Translations under genes and position numbers: made by a program
The notes under the pieces: model-generated
The model's input: only the letters and a program-made list of their open reading frames with translations
Database searches by the model: none
Told to the model about the DNA's origin: nothing
Origin: Vicugna vicugna
Lineage: Eukaryota
Reading direction: 5' to 3'
DNA: 62,000 nucleotides
Assembly (NCBI GenBank): GCA_013265495.1
Contig: MU058213.1
Location: 5,413,149-5,475,148 of the forward strand
In this document: positions 26,547 through 38,886 of the stretch, piece after piece
Layout of the letters: the number at the start of each line of letters is the position of its first letter
How positions within the stretch are numbered: position 1 is the first letter of the stretch

Positions 26547-26863
26547 TGTGTCGGAGGCACCCCCTCCGTCCCGCTGGCCTCTCCGTTGGAGAGGGGGGGA
26601 CCCAGCGAACGAGTGTCAATCCTCCTTTGCCGCTCCCTCCCCACAGGACCGGTCCTGCACTGTTTTGCTTTTTCTTCTTTCTTTTTTCTTTTCTCCTACC
26701 AGATTTTTGACATCTCTGTCTTTCGAAGAGGGCGATGTTCTGTCAGCACCTGTTGGGCAGGTGCTCTGGTTGGCTGAGTGGGTCTGTGGATGTGAGTTTT
26801 GGTGTATTTGTGGGAGAGGGTGAGCTACAAGCATCCTTCTACTCCGCCATCTTGCTTCTCTCC
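26547..26863 (-). mobile_element. Isolated LINE-1 5'-UTR (promoter) fragment, no poly(A), flanked by an 8-bp direct repeat
   Basis: Minus strand begins GGAGAGAAGCAAGATGGCGGAGTAGAAGG...CTCACCCTCTCCCACAAATACACC, like artiodactyl L1 5' ends with the YY1 site. CCTCCTAA at 26539-26546 and 26864-26871. Confidence 0.7.
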
Positions 26864-27009
26864 CCTCCTAAAGCGTTCTGCCCATGCTCTTGAATCCCTC
26901 AAGCCGTGGACAGAGAACAGCTCATCACCATCGCCACACAACAGCTGAAATAGGTACCAAAGCAGGTAGGGAGAGCTGCACTGGCCTGCCCGTAGAACCT
27001 TCTTGAACA

Positions 27010-27365
27010 GTCGGCTGTAGTTACCATAACAAAATTCCAGACTGGGCGGCTTAAACAACAGAAGTTTATTCTCTTATGGTTGTGGAGGCTGGAAGCTCCA
27101 GATCAAGGTGGTTTTCCCCGAGGCTGCTCCCTTTGGCCTGCAGACGGTGCCTTCTCACTGCCTCTCCGTGTGGTTGTCCCTCCGCATGCGCGCCCTGGTG
27201 TCTCTCTGTGTGTCCTAGTCTCCTCTTCCTACAGGGATATGAGTCAGACTGGAGAGGCCAAACGTATCCAATCTTATTTCAACTTAATTCCCTTTACATA
27301 GGCCTATCTCCAATACAGTCACATTCTGAGGTTCCACGAGAAGAGATACAGTTCAATCCTTGACA
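27010..27365 (-). mobile_element. MLT1A-like MaLR LTR
   Basis: CCATAACAAAATTCCAGACTGGGCGGCTTAAACAACAGAAGTTTATT...TCTCCAATACAGTCACATTCTGAGG...ACAGTTCAATCC. Confidence 0.85.
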
Positions 27366-28479
27366 CCTTCCAAGGAAGCGTTCTGTCTCAGACAATAAAT
27401 TCAAAGAAAAGCTCACTTGTAGAAAGCCTCAGTACACCTTCCTAACTCATTCTTTCATCCACTTTTATTCCACCAATATTTAATGAGAGCCATTGATATA
27501 ATGACACAGTCTATATGAAACCAACAGAGTGATCTTTCTAAGACGTATGTCTGATTGTGTCTCCCTTCAGAAACTCCTGAATAGCTCCCAGTACCCTTAG
27601 CAAAATTCCCAGATCTTAGCATTGGTGTGCAAGATATCCCAGGGTCTGGATTCTGTATACTTACACAGTCATAATTCCCTCACATGCCTGTTGCTCCAAC
27701 TAAGCCCCTTAAGTAGAGTGGCTCCTCAGATAAGTTGAGCTAAGTTACTCCTGGCTGTGTGATCTCAGGCAAAAATCTATTGGCTCAAAAAGTATTTAAT
27801 TGTTGTCTCCTTTCTGGAGCTGTGCTAGACTCTGGGGCAGGTCACAAAACCCCATCCTCCAAGATCTCCTAATATGAAAGAAATGTTAGACAAGTAAACA
27901 AAAATTATAATTAATCGATAGGCGATAACAGTCTAGATAAATGCAAAAATATGGTCAGGAGCTCAGAAGAGGATCTCCCTAAATTCACAGAGCATTAGTT
28001 TCTCTAGTGAAGTAATACATCAATCTCTAAGATTAAACTAAGAAGTCGTCCAATTTATAACACAACCTATATGTTAATGTATTGCTGAAATAAATCAGAA
28101 ATATGGTTCCAGTTATTAAGAATGAGATAAGTGACACCTTACATGAGTAATGAAATGGAAATTGGTCACACGCCCACCAAAGGATGCTGAACCCTGAGTG
28201 GAAATTGAAAAGCTCTCCATGCCAGCATGAATCCATCCCTGGAGTGTTTTTTAAATGCACACATGAAAAGTCATGTGGGACAACCCCTGTACAAGCCTCT
28301 CCACCAAAGCCCAAGGAAGTCGAGTTCATTAATCACCTGAAACTAGCAGCTGTCCTCTACTGATATACTTTTAGTATCATGCAACGTGTAGTGAGAGCTA
28401 TTTTATTTGTGTTTAAAACCACCAAGCACGTCTCTCAAGAAGTTACCAGGTCCAGGAAGTTGGCAAAGAACAATGAAGA

Positions 28480-28960
28480 AAGAACAAGAAAAACTATTGT
28501 TAAACTGCGAGAGCAACACAGACTGAAAACCCTCCCTCTAAGGCCACTCAGAAATGCCAGGTGTAACACATGCCTCTTTGTTTTTAGTGCACAACTGACT
28601 TCACAACCCGAGTGATCCTAACAAAGAAAGAGCATAAAGGAAAAGCAGTAAGTGATGAGCTGACCGAGCAGCGACTCAACTAGGTGAAGTGATACTGATA
28701 CCAGTTTCCAAGAAGTTCGGGTTTTAATGCCCACGTGGGAACAGGAAAGAAGTCCTTGAGCCCAAATGAGGTGGGAAGTGGGAAGAGGGCCCCCGCGTAA
28801 GGACAGGACTCTCAAAAGGGCGGCACCATCGGAGAAAGGCAGACGGACAGTAAGTGGACGCCCCGGCACACAGACAAGGAAGTGTGTCTTCACCCACATT
28901 CTGGGTAAAGAGGAACGGCAGTCCTGATAGGGCACTTAACGTACTGCCTCTCAGGTACAA
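28480..28960 (+). mobile_element. Ancient L1ME-type 5' region (appears to resume after 29606)
   Basis: GGGTTTTAATGCCCACGTGGGAACAGGA...CCTTGAGCCC...GAGGTGGGAAG resembles L1ME 5'-UTR sequence from recall. Confidence 0.5.
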
Positions 28961-28973
28961 ATTCGTCTTTTAG

Positions 28974-29605
28974 TCCCTGGTCTGTGATAATGGATTGGCT
29001 GCCTTAAGCATTTCTCCTTTACAGTAAAGCAGGATGCGATGCTTTGTCAGCAGAGGGCGCTGGAGGGACACTGCAGGAGGAAAGGGGCTTCTCTTCCCGG
29101 TTCCCGTGTGCTGGGTTTGCTTTTCCTCGCTCTTGTCCCATGTTGTGTCAGCAGTGTGGGTGTGCCGGGACACCCAGTGGTATTCTTCACAGCCTCTCGG
29201 TGACCTCAATGTCCCAGCCCAGGCCTGGAGACCACACAGATACCGTGTGCTCCGGGTTTCATGCCCACGATGGCGTCCCAGGTCTCTGCGTGCACCCACA
29301 TGACGGCCTTGACATCTGCGCCCCAGAGGGTTGCTTCCTGCCTGCGCAAGATCTGTGCATCCACTGGAGTCTGGGCAGCCCAGAGAGCTTCTCTGCTTTC
29401 CCATGAGCTTGACCGCCCCTCACCAAGGAGACCTGCATCCCAGCCTGGGGGAGAGCTCCCTTTTCAAGTTTGTTTTTCCCGTCAGCATTCTCTTCATTCT
29501 TTTTCTATCTTTTTAGATGTCCTCTTATAGCTTAGTAATTCCTTAAAGTAACCTATTTAAATTACTGTGTGGTTTCTGTCTCCTGATAAGACCCAGACTA
29601 ATACA
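28974..29605 (+). mobile_element. LTR41-like ERVL solo LTR
   Basis: GGTCTGTGATAATGGATTGGCTGCC...CAGCAGAGGGCGCTGGAGGGACACTGCAGGAGG...AATTACTGTGTGGTTTCTGTCTCCTGA...GACTAATACA. Confidence 0.75.
29045..29063 (+). promoter_or_regulatory. CTCF-binding motif
   Basis: TGTCAGCAGAGGGCGCTGG is close to the CTCF core CCASYAGRKGGCRS. Binding is not demonstrated. Confidence 0.6.
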
Positions 29606-29922
29606 ACTGAGAAATCAAAATCCTTGGCCTATGCCTTATTGAGGTTCAAGTTTACATTACCAAGCAGGAGCAAACGCACAAACATCGTGGAGGGCTGTTT
29701 CCTCGCCCTAGTTTGCATGGTGTTCTCACAGAGAAAGCGGGCTGAATATGAATTCACGATCCAAAGTTTTAAAACTCACAAATAAGTAATCCTTCATGAG
29801 GAAGTGTTGCCAAATACAATAATTATGGTCCTTAGAATTACAATAACTTCTGACAATTAAATAATCTTAAAAGAAAAAATTAAAAGTATGCTTGAAAGAA
29901 AATTGTAACTTAAAAGAAATTA

Positions 29923-30029
29923 AATGTGACAATGAGTGTGTATATGTCCATGAATGAAAAATTGTGCTGAACACTGGAATTTGACACAACACTGTAAAAT
30001 GATTATGAATCAATAAAAAATGTAAAAAA
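29923..30029 (+). mobile_element. Very short 5'-truncated young L1 (3' tail) with 11-bp TSD
   Basis: Same 3' UTR as the 38326 and 42366 copies (ACACTGGAATTTGACACAAC...CAATAAAAAATG). AAAAGAAATTA at 29912-29922 and 30030-30040, at a TT/AAAA endonuclease site. Confidence 0.9.
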
Positions 30030-30941
30030 AAAAGAAATTATTTAAAATGTAAAGGGACTCAGCAGTTGAATTAAAAGACAAAAATAGTAAGATCTTTTGT
30101 TTTATTTCCTGATTTGAATGTTGTCCCATGGATATGTTCACTCTGTGAACATTTATATGGGTATCCTTTTATAATTATACACTTTCCTGAATGCATCATA
30201 TTTTTTATATGTTTCTAAAATACGTGTGTTTATACATAATTTATAGGCCAAATAAACTAGAAATATTTTAGAAATAAATCAATAAAACACTATATGTCAA
30301 AAGTTTGCGAATGTAGATAAAGCAGTACCTATAGAGAAGAAATTCATGACTTTAAATAATTATACCAATAAAGGAAAATCAATCAGCTAAGAAATTAAAC
30401 AAAGACATTAGGCAAAGAAAATAGTAAATTTCAAAGAATGTAGACGTTTAGGGAAAACATGCCTGAGAAATTGCAAGTATTAGCAGATCTTTTCGGTGTT
30501 AATTCGTCCTTGCCTGCATGACAGAAAGCCCATCTGCGCAAGTAGGACACCTGAGCCTTGACATTGCTTTTGGGCTTTGGTTGATCTAGGCAAACTCGGA
30601 CTTCAAGTTTGGTAGCCTCACGGAGTGACGGAAAAAAAAAAAAGTAACTGCCCAGGGCTCATCCTGAACCTGGGTCTCTAATAGAAAGCCCTTTTCCAGA
30701 TCAAGCTGGTTTCGAAAGACTACACACTCAGGGGAGGATAAACTATAAGTAAGTCTGCCCTGAACCCATCTGAGGGCACTAGTGAGGGCTGCCTTGTGCT
30801 GGCTGAGGTCAGCTGGTATGCAACTGACCTCCCTCAGTTCCTCCTTTTCCTCAAATTCTGGCCGGACAGTTCTTTATGATCTTATCATTTCTATAACACT
30901 TTTTTACTAGATTTTGAAATATGACTTAGGGAAAAAGTATA

Positions 30942-30979
<38 letters not shown>
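30942..30979. repeat. Compound (TGTC)n(TATC)n microsatellite
   Basis: Read directly. Confidence 0.95.
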
Positions 30980-30980
<1 letters not shown>

Positions 30981-31329
30981 ATAACATTTACCTGTATTTA
31001 CCATGAGGAAAGGCTTGAATTACCTAGCCCAATGTTATCAGAAGCCAAACCTTTTTATGTGGTGAGAGTATAAAATCTCTCTAAAAAAAGAAAAAAAAAT
31101 CCAAGAGTTAACACATGCCAGCTTTAGGTTAAAAGTTACCTGTGGGATGGAAGGGAAGAAGAAGAGAGAGCGATGGGTCTTTACTTTTATTTGTAGTGTT
31201 TTATATCTTCAAAAGAAAACAAAAGATCTGAAGCAAAGTTGCAGAATACGAACATCTATTAAGTCTGGCAGAAGCAGACATTGGTGTGTTACTTGCCCAA
31301 TGTCCACTCTTTCATATTTACAAGCCCCA

Positions 31330-31750
31330 GTTTTGATGGGGTTGGTAATGCCCCAACCCAAAGTTTCTTATAGCCTGGAACGGCCATATGACATTGATCT
31401 GGCCAAAGAAGAGGGGGGCAAAAGTCCCAGGGAAGGCCTTTCTGATGCAATAAAGCAAAATTAATAAGGTTCTGTGTATGTCCTTTTCTGTCTTCTTCCT
31501 GCCTGGAATGGACAAGGTGACAGCAACCAACTGCAGATCATCAGGAGGATCGAAGCCACTTAAGGTAGTGCTAAGGGTAGAGGCGAAGCCAGAGAGAAAG
31601 CTGGTCCTTGCAGGCCTCTTTAAGCTACTATATCAGCTTCAGACCCCCTACTCCCAAACTTCTTGTTACAACAGAAAAATTAACTTTCTAAAGCCACTCT
31701 TTTTCATTTTTGGGGTTACAAGCCCCTGAAACCTAGCCCTGTATAGTACA
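31330..31750 (+). mobile_element. Old MLT1-like LTR
   Basis: TTCTTCCTGCCTGGAATG...CTCCCAAACTTCTTGTTAC...TCTAAAGCCACT...TGGGGTTACAAGC. Confidence 0.5.
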
Positions 31751-32457
31751 TTGGTCCATGGCTTTTATTAAATTATTTTATACATGTTGAAATGTCTCAT
31801 GACTTTATTTTAATAAATTGTTTTAAAATGTAAAGAAGTAACAGAAAATATAGGAAAGTAGAAACAATTTTGCCAAGTGAGTTCAGCCTCTCTGTCCAGA
31901 CTGGCTGAAGGGAGTTAATGGTTGTATCAATGTCATTCCTTTTGTTTCTAAGAAGTTTCCTGTACAGAATTGGTTCCTATTCTAGGTTTGAGGAAGAAAT
32001 CAAAGGAGAGAGGTCTTCAATTCTTCTGTGTCAGATACTTTCTTCTCTGGTTCTGAACACCGGTAGGGATGAAGACAGTCTTCTTGTTTGCTCGATTCTA
32101 CAGTTCCAGCTGGCACAGCTAAGCCACTTTGACTGAAGTTATCGACATCACTTACTATGACACTGCTTGGTGGCCGGTGACCCTTAAACACTGTGTCATA
32201 AGGTGACTCGTTACGGAGTTTTGTTACTAAACAACAGGACGTAACAGGGTAGTATGGGCAGGAAGAGAATGTACGGGAAGTAAGCTCAGTGACTGAAAAG
32301 GGGGCTGATGAAACCAGGGGGGGAAAGTGTAGAAAGAGATAATCTTCAAAGATTTGAGAGACGGGAATAGCTCAAAGGTCTTGGCAAATCATTGATTAAA
32401 TGATTCCAATCATTTATCTCATCTTTGTGACACTCCAGTACAAATTCAAATTCCCAA

Positions 32458-32471
32458 GTGTGTGCATGCGT

Positions 32472-32507
<36 letters not shown>

Positions 32508-32526
32508 CAGAGAGAGAGAGACAGAG
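32458..32526. repeat. Compound (TG)n(AG)n microsatellite
   Basis: Read directly. Confidence 0.95.
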
Positions 32527-35199
32527 GCGGGGGGTGGGGGCATTTACTAGCTAAGCATAAGCCTGGGGTCTTCCTGTCTGCTACCGGGGTTTGGATTTGA
32601 AGCATGTGACAAACAGAGCATTTAGATTCTGAAGGGAAGAGCATACCACGGATCTGTCATCCTGCTGCACGTGTGTGGAACGTTGCTCTGAAAGTCATTT
32701 AGGCCACTGTGACAAAGGGGTCTGGATGCCAGGTAGCTAAAACAATGACCACCATCTGCTGTCATGACCTGTCTATTGTCAAAGTATATGTGCAGAAAGA
32801 AACTGGTTTATTTATCCTGGAGCTCTCTTAACCACTACTTTCCTACAGTATTGAATTATACAAATACTGCTAGTGGAGAATCCTGCTTTTGCCGGTAATT
32901 TTCAAAGCAAATTTCTGAACGTTCCTGTCAAATGAATGCATACGTATTGTTATCAACTGAAAAGTATAACGCTCAAAGCATGGACTTGTCAGATACTAAG
33001 ATGAGAAAAGAGCAGCCTTTCAACTTATTTTTAAGAAGACTTGGTCTTCTTAAACTATGGTCATGTCAGTAACTTGTAGTTTTAGTGAATAAGGATAGTT
33101 AATATTACAAAAACCCAAAGACCACTCCAAGGTAAAGTGTTACCTTGCAGTGTCATTTATTCAAACAAATATTTTAAATAAGTTAACGGGTGGACAATGA
33201 CCCTCTATGTACAACAAGTTAGACTTACTTTTGAAAAAAACCTTGAAAATCTCTGGAAATTACTTTCTAGCAGTATTAATTTTCCCCATAATTTTGAAGT
33301 TTGTTAATTAAATGGCAATTTTGTTTTCCTTAGAACTTAAGTTGACAATCTATTGACTTTTCATCTACCTTTTTTTGGTGTGCAATTAAAGCCACTGAAG
33401 AACAAAGCAGAGCGTATTTAAATCTTCAGTTTGAAAAAACTGTTCTGGTTTGGACTTCAGAATAATGCATGAACACAATACATTTATCTACTCTTTCTCC
33501 AGAGGCTACATTAAGATGAAACTTAAAAAAGAACAGAGTCAACAACAATGCAGAGAATCAGAAATGATCATGAGTGGATGAAAGATTTCAACACATGTAC
33601 ACAAGATGAAAAGCAGGTAGAGACTTTTACTTCTGGGAGCAGAGCGGGTTGAATATTCTGAAGCGTCCTGTCACTAAAAATTAAGTCCTGCGTAAATGAC
33701 AACAAACATGGCTCCAGATGTGTTGCTGAGATCACAAGAAAGTGAACAAAATTTCTCCAAAAGCCGAAGTCAATAAAAGAGGAACAGAAGGAAAGGAGAG
33801 GGACATTAAAAAGGGAGAAGGCAAAGCAGACAAAAAAAAGTAAGTGAACGGGACCCAAAGGAGGGAGCAGCTACCTGCATGACGTGGCTTCACCCTCCAA
33901 GCCGTCTATGTGTTTGTAAAATCACTAAGCCACGGAATTTTGCATAATAAAAAGAACAGGATACACAGGAAAGCTGGGATTAGGAAAAACACTCTAAACC
34001 TGTATAGTCTCATTAAAAAAAAATCACTGAAATATCATAATAAAAGTAAACAAATACATATGTAAATGCTACTGCCAGTTTCATTTTCTAATAATAAATA
34101 CAATAGCAGTAATCATAGACAAAACGTGTAGGTTTGTTTGCTGCAGTGAAATGTCACAGCTTTGGAGTCGAGGAGAAGAGGGAGAAGGAAGGGCAACGTC
34201 ACTCTTAGGCTGAAATGCTGTGACACCAGTGGTGGAGGGTTACGGCTCATTGTTTCTCTTTCTTTTGCTCTGGCTTAGAATAGGAACCCTACCTTTGTTG
34301 TCTCCCAGAGCTCTCCTTTCACAAAGAAGCTCCCCATGCGTCCAGACATGGGGTGCCGTCCTGCTGCTCTGAGCACTGTCGCCATTAGCTCCAACCCCTC
34401 GCAAATGCTTCCCAACCCCAAGTAACACGGAGGATAACTGGGGGGCACCCACTTCTCCTTTTACTTTCTTCACAGTGTCATCGCTGATGGAATGCAGTGT
34501 GGCCTCCTTTGTTCCTTGAATATCACACATTCACTCGTTTCTTTTAAAACTATAACTCCAACCTTCCCTTCAATACTTCAAGGATTTTTGTTGTTGCTGT
34601 TCACCATTTGGATTCACATAACCAGAAAGTTGACTTGCATTTGGAATGCTGTCTTAAATATTTAAATTAAAAAGAATACACAAGCTTTGGACAACAGTGC
34701 AATGCACCCTTAAAGGATAGATGGATAAATCGTGGAAAGACGGACATTGAAATGTGTGTGTGTGTGTGTTGTAGACCTCCATGAAACACTGTGTTTAGCA
34801 GGGTGGCTTTTTTGTTTAATTCTGACATTTGGCTCAAGCACAAGCAGAGTGAAAATGTGAAAAATCATGGATAGGCCAACACAACTTCTAGTTTTGGTGA
34901 TTTTATTCTTTTGCATGTTTATCTTGAGTATATAAGTTCACTCATCACAAACAAAACAGAAGAAACTGTAATGATGCTAAAGGCAAGACTGCTCCAGAGG
35001 CAAATGTTGGTAACAGTTCTGCAATCTGGAGACCAACCCTTTGGCCCACAGCAAAGTGAGTGAGCTAAATCTCAGATTCATCCATTATGATCATTACAAC
35101 GGGCTGAAGCATTCTTGGTGGCACCCCTAGGTCCTAGTTGCTATTAGGACCAGAAAACAAATGTCCAGTCTCTCTAGAAAAACCAAATTTAGGCTCTCA

Positions 35200-36730
35200 G
35201 GATTTCTATTTCTATAAGCCCATCTTCTTCATGAATATAGAGGCATAAGTTTAAAACAAAAAAATCAACAAATCAAAGCCAGTGACATATGAGAGGACTG
35301 TACATCACAATTAGGTAGTGATTATTGTAGGAGTTCAAGGGTAGTTTAATATCTGTGACTCAGTTCATGTAATTCACCACATAAATAATAAAAAAGAGAT
35401 ACTGATCATGTGAGCATCTCCATAGGTACAGAAAAAGCATTTGATAATTACTCTTAGCAAATTAGGAACAGAGGTAAACTTCCTTAATCTGATAAAGAAT
35501 ATCCCTATAACAATCTATAGCAAATGCCTTACTTCATGGTGGAATATTAAAAGCATTCCCTTAGAGACAGGAAGTGAAACAAAGATGGCTTCTATCTTAA
35601 TTTTTGTTCGCCACTGTATTGGTTCTAGTCAATGCAATAAGGCAAGAAAAGAAATCATAAGGATTGGGAAGAAAGAAATAATTCTACTTTATCCACAAAT
35701 GATATAGTTATGTACATAAAACTCTAAAAACATCAAAAGATGATTTCAGAATTATTAAGTAAATTTAGCAATGTCATTGGATACAAGATCCAAAACACTG
35801 CTCTTTTTATATGTCAGAATAAACAATTGGAATATGATAAATTGAAATGATCCCATTATAGTAGCATCAAAAACTTCAAACCTTAAGGAAAATACTAATT
35901 AAAAAGCACAGTATTATGTGACTTCCCACCCAAAAGAATGGTTGCAACAAAAAGTCAGAGGATACAAGATGGTGCCAAAGATCTGGAGCAACGGTAACTC
36001 TTCTACGCTGCTGGTAGGAGTGCGAATTAGGGTAACTACTTTGGAAAACTGGCACTAACCAGCACAGCTGAACATACAGGCACTCTGTGATCTAGTTCTT
36101 CCACTTCTAGGCCTATATCAATAGAAATGTACACATAAGTTCATTTTTAAAAAGTATAATAATGCTTACTGTAGCACTTCCAAATGTCCAAATATTGGAC
36201 AGACCTGAAGTGTCCATCAACATTAGACTGGATAAATAAAGTGTGGTATTTTCATATAGTAAAATACATTGCAGAAATAAGAAGGAATGACATATACGTA
36301 CATCAGCAACAGGGATAAATCTCACAAACATAATGTTGACCAATAACAAAAAAGCCAGCTACAATGGCGAGCATACCGAATAGTGACATTTACAGTCAGC
36401 CTTTCGTATCTGCAGGGCCAGCTGTAGGAGACTTGAGCACCTGCTGATTTTGGTTTCTGTGCTGGTCCTGGAACCAACTGAGAGTCAACTGTATATGAAA
36501 CTTAAAAAGAGGCTGAACTTATCTACAGTTTCAGAAGTTAGAAAAATTACCACATTTGGTAGAAAGCTGTAAGTAGGAGCCAGCAGGAGGGGACTTCCAG
36601 GTGGTGGTAAAGCTCTATTTCTAGAGATAAGTGCTGGCTGCAGAGGTGTGTTCAGTTATCAAACTTCTCACTAAAGATTTCTGCACTTTTTGAGTATAAC
36701 TATATTTCACTTGAAAGTTCTCTAGAAAGG
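35200..36730 (+). mobile_element. Old L1M fragment (ORF2 RT-region pieces to 3' UTR)
   Basis: ORF 35441-35707 gives TLSKLGTEVNFLNLIKNI (L1 ORF2-like); GCAGAAAAAGCATTTGATAA-like motif; 3' UTR to about 36730; internally deleted. Confidence 0.85.
36393..36491. mobile_element. MER2-like (Tc1/mariner-Tigger) miniature element nested in L1
   Basis: TA|CAGTCAGCC...GAGTCAACTG|TA with TA target duplication and imperfect terminal inverted repeats; internal GACTTGAGCACCTGCTGATTTTGG...GGTCCTGGAACCAA. Confidence 0.75.
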
Positions 36731-37029
36731 AAAGAAAAGGTAGAGCCTAAAGAAATCAGGAGGTCAAAGGGGATGATACAGGTAGACAGAAGGGAGGAAA
36801 CAGTAATGCTTCCATCTTAAAAAGTGGGGAGTCAATAGATATTATTATTAATGGAACAGGAAATGTAGGCTTAACTAATTTGAAGATGCAAAGGTGATGA
36901 ATCGAGAAACCAAGACTAGTATCAAAACTATAAAATGAGGGTGTGTGGGAGAAGGGGATGAAGTAACGGACTAAATCTTCATTTGTCATAGCAGAGAATG
37001 AATGGACAATGCCAAAACTAGATGAAGAA

Positions 37030-37525
37030 TCTTAGTATCTTAAAACAACAACTATTTGTTATTTCTCATAATTCTGTGGATTTGCTGGGTAGTTCCCCCA
37101 CTGATTTTGCTTGAGGTCACCCAGGGGCTACATTCCCCTGGAAAGACTGGCTGGGCTGGGCTGGACCATCCAGTGCGAGGTGGCCTTCCTTGCACATCTG
37201 GCTGTTAATGCTGGCTGTCAGCTCCTACATGGCCACTCACTTCTGTAGGCTAGACTGGCTTCCCTAAGTGACGGTCTCAGGACAGCACTCCGAATGGCCA
37301 AAAGCAGAAGCTGCAGAGCCTATTAAAGAAAGGCTTAGCTTCAGATTTTGCAAAATATCACTTCTGCCTTACGTTATTGAACAAAAGATGTCCCAGGGCC
37401 AGCCCGGATTCGAGAGGTAGGGAAATAGACTCTGCCTCTTGATGGAAGGAGCCGCAAAGTCACGTTGTAAAGGGGTGAACATGACAGGAGGAGGAATCTG
37501 TGGGCACATTTGTAATCCACTACCA
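37030..37525 (-). mobile_element. MLT1 (G/H-like) LTR
   Basis: CTTAAAACAACAAC...TTCTCATAATTCTGTGG...TCACTTCTGCC...GGCCAGCCCGGATTC...AAATAGACTCTGCCTCTTGATGG. Confidence 0.75.
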
Positions 37526-38325
37526 TCTGCCCTCTGTTCACAATTATTTACACGTCTGTCTCACGCAGAAAAACAAAAACAAAGTTCAGACTGACTGTTT
37601 CTGGGAAGCAGAACAGGAGGTAAGGAAGAGGAGGGTTTGTTTGTTTGTTTGTTTAACTCTAAGCCCTACCATGTCATTCTTTTTAAATACATGCATGTTG
37701 TATAAAAATTAATATTTCTAATGTTATACAAGGTTTGATGCATATAAATCCCTTGCTTTGAACAGAACAACAGGGAAGGCAGCTCCTCCTACTCTCATTT
37801 AATAAATGCTGAACAGTATTTATTGAATATGGATTTTAAGAACTGTAAGATTATCAAACCACTGAGAAGCAATAGTCTTCAGTTTTGTCCTACCTACTAA
37901 GGAGTCCATCAAAAAATGTGATTGTATATATGAAAAGTGCTTCTTAAACTATAAATGCTTTATAACTCACCAGACATTATCCATTGCCACTGTTTCCATG
38001 TTGTGCCCAGCACTGTATGAAGCTGCGTGTAGGCCGCAAAAGGTGCAGAAAATCAGGTTCCTGCCAGCAAGGAACTAACAGTCCAGGTGACGAGAGAATG
38101 CAACACCCACAAACCAATTATGAGACACTGTGCTAGACCGTAAGGGTCCAAGCAGACAGGGACTTCACTCTCGTTCACTACGGTCTCATCAGGACCCCAC
38201 ATGTAATAAGATCTTGACAAACAGGTGTTAATGGAGGGATGGATCCATCACCTGGCAGCCCACAGTTCAGAGCCTGGACACAGTGCCGACTGGGGGTGCT
38301 GGGGGCGTCTAAGAGGCAGTGATCA

Positions 38326-38579
38326 CCTGCACCCTGATGTTCATAGCAGCACTATTTACAATAGCCAAAACATGGAAACAGCCTAAATGTCCATCAACAG
38401 ATGACTGGATAAAGAAGAGGTGGTATATTTATACAATGGAATACTACTCAGCCATAAAAACTGACAACATAACACCATTTGCAGCAACATGGATGCTCCT
38501 AGAGAATGTCATTCTAAGTGAAGCAAGTCTGAAAGAGAAAGAAAAAGACCATATGAGATTGCTCATATGTGGAATCTAA
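38326..38579 (+). pseudogene. L1 ORF2p C-terminal remnant, uninterrupted frame
   Basis: CTLMFIAALFTIAKTWKQPKCPSTDDWIKKRWYIYTMEYYSAIK...FAATWMLLENVILSE is the canonical ORF2p C-terminus; no authentic start. Confidence 0.95.
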
Positions 38580-38886
38580 AACAAACAAACAAAGCATAAA
38601 TACAAAACAGAAATAGACTCATAAACATAGAATACAAACTTGTGGTTGCCAAGGGGGCGGAGGGTGGGAAGGGATAGATGAGATTTCAAAATTGTAGAAC
38701 AGATAAACAAGATTCTACTGTATAGCACAGGGAAATATACACAAGATCTTATGGTAGCTCACAGAGAAAAACATATGCCAATGACTATATGTATGTTCAT
38801 GTATAACTGAAAAATTGTGCTCTACACTGGAATTTGACACAACATTATAAAATGACTATTACTCAATAAAAAATGTTTAAAAAAAA
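38326..38886 (+). mobile_element. Young 5'-truncated L1 with 16-bp TSD
   Basis: TAAGAGGCAGTGATCA at 38310-38325 and 38887-38902; ORF2 C-terminus, 3' UTR, AATAAA and A tail. Confidence 0.95.
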
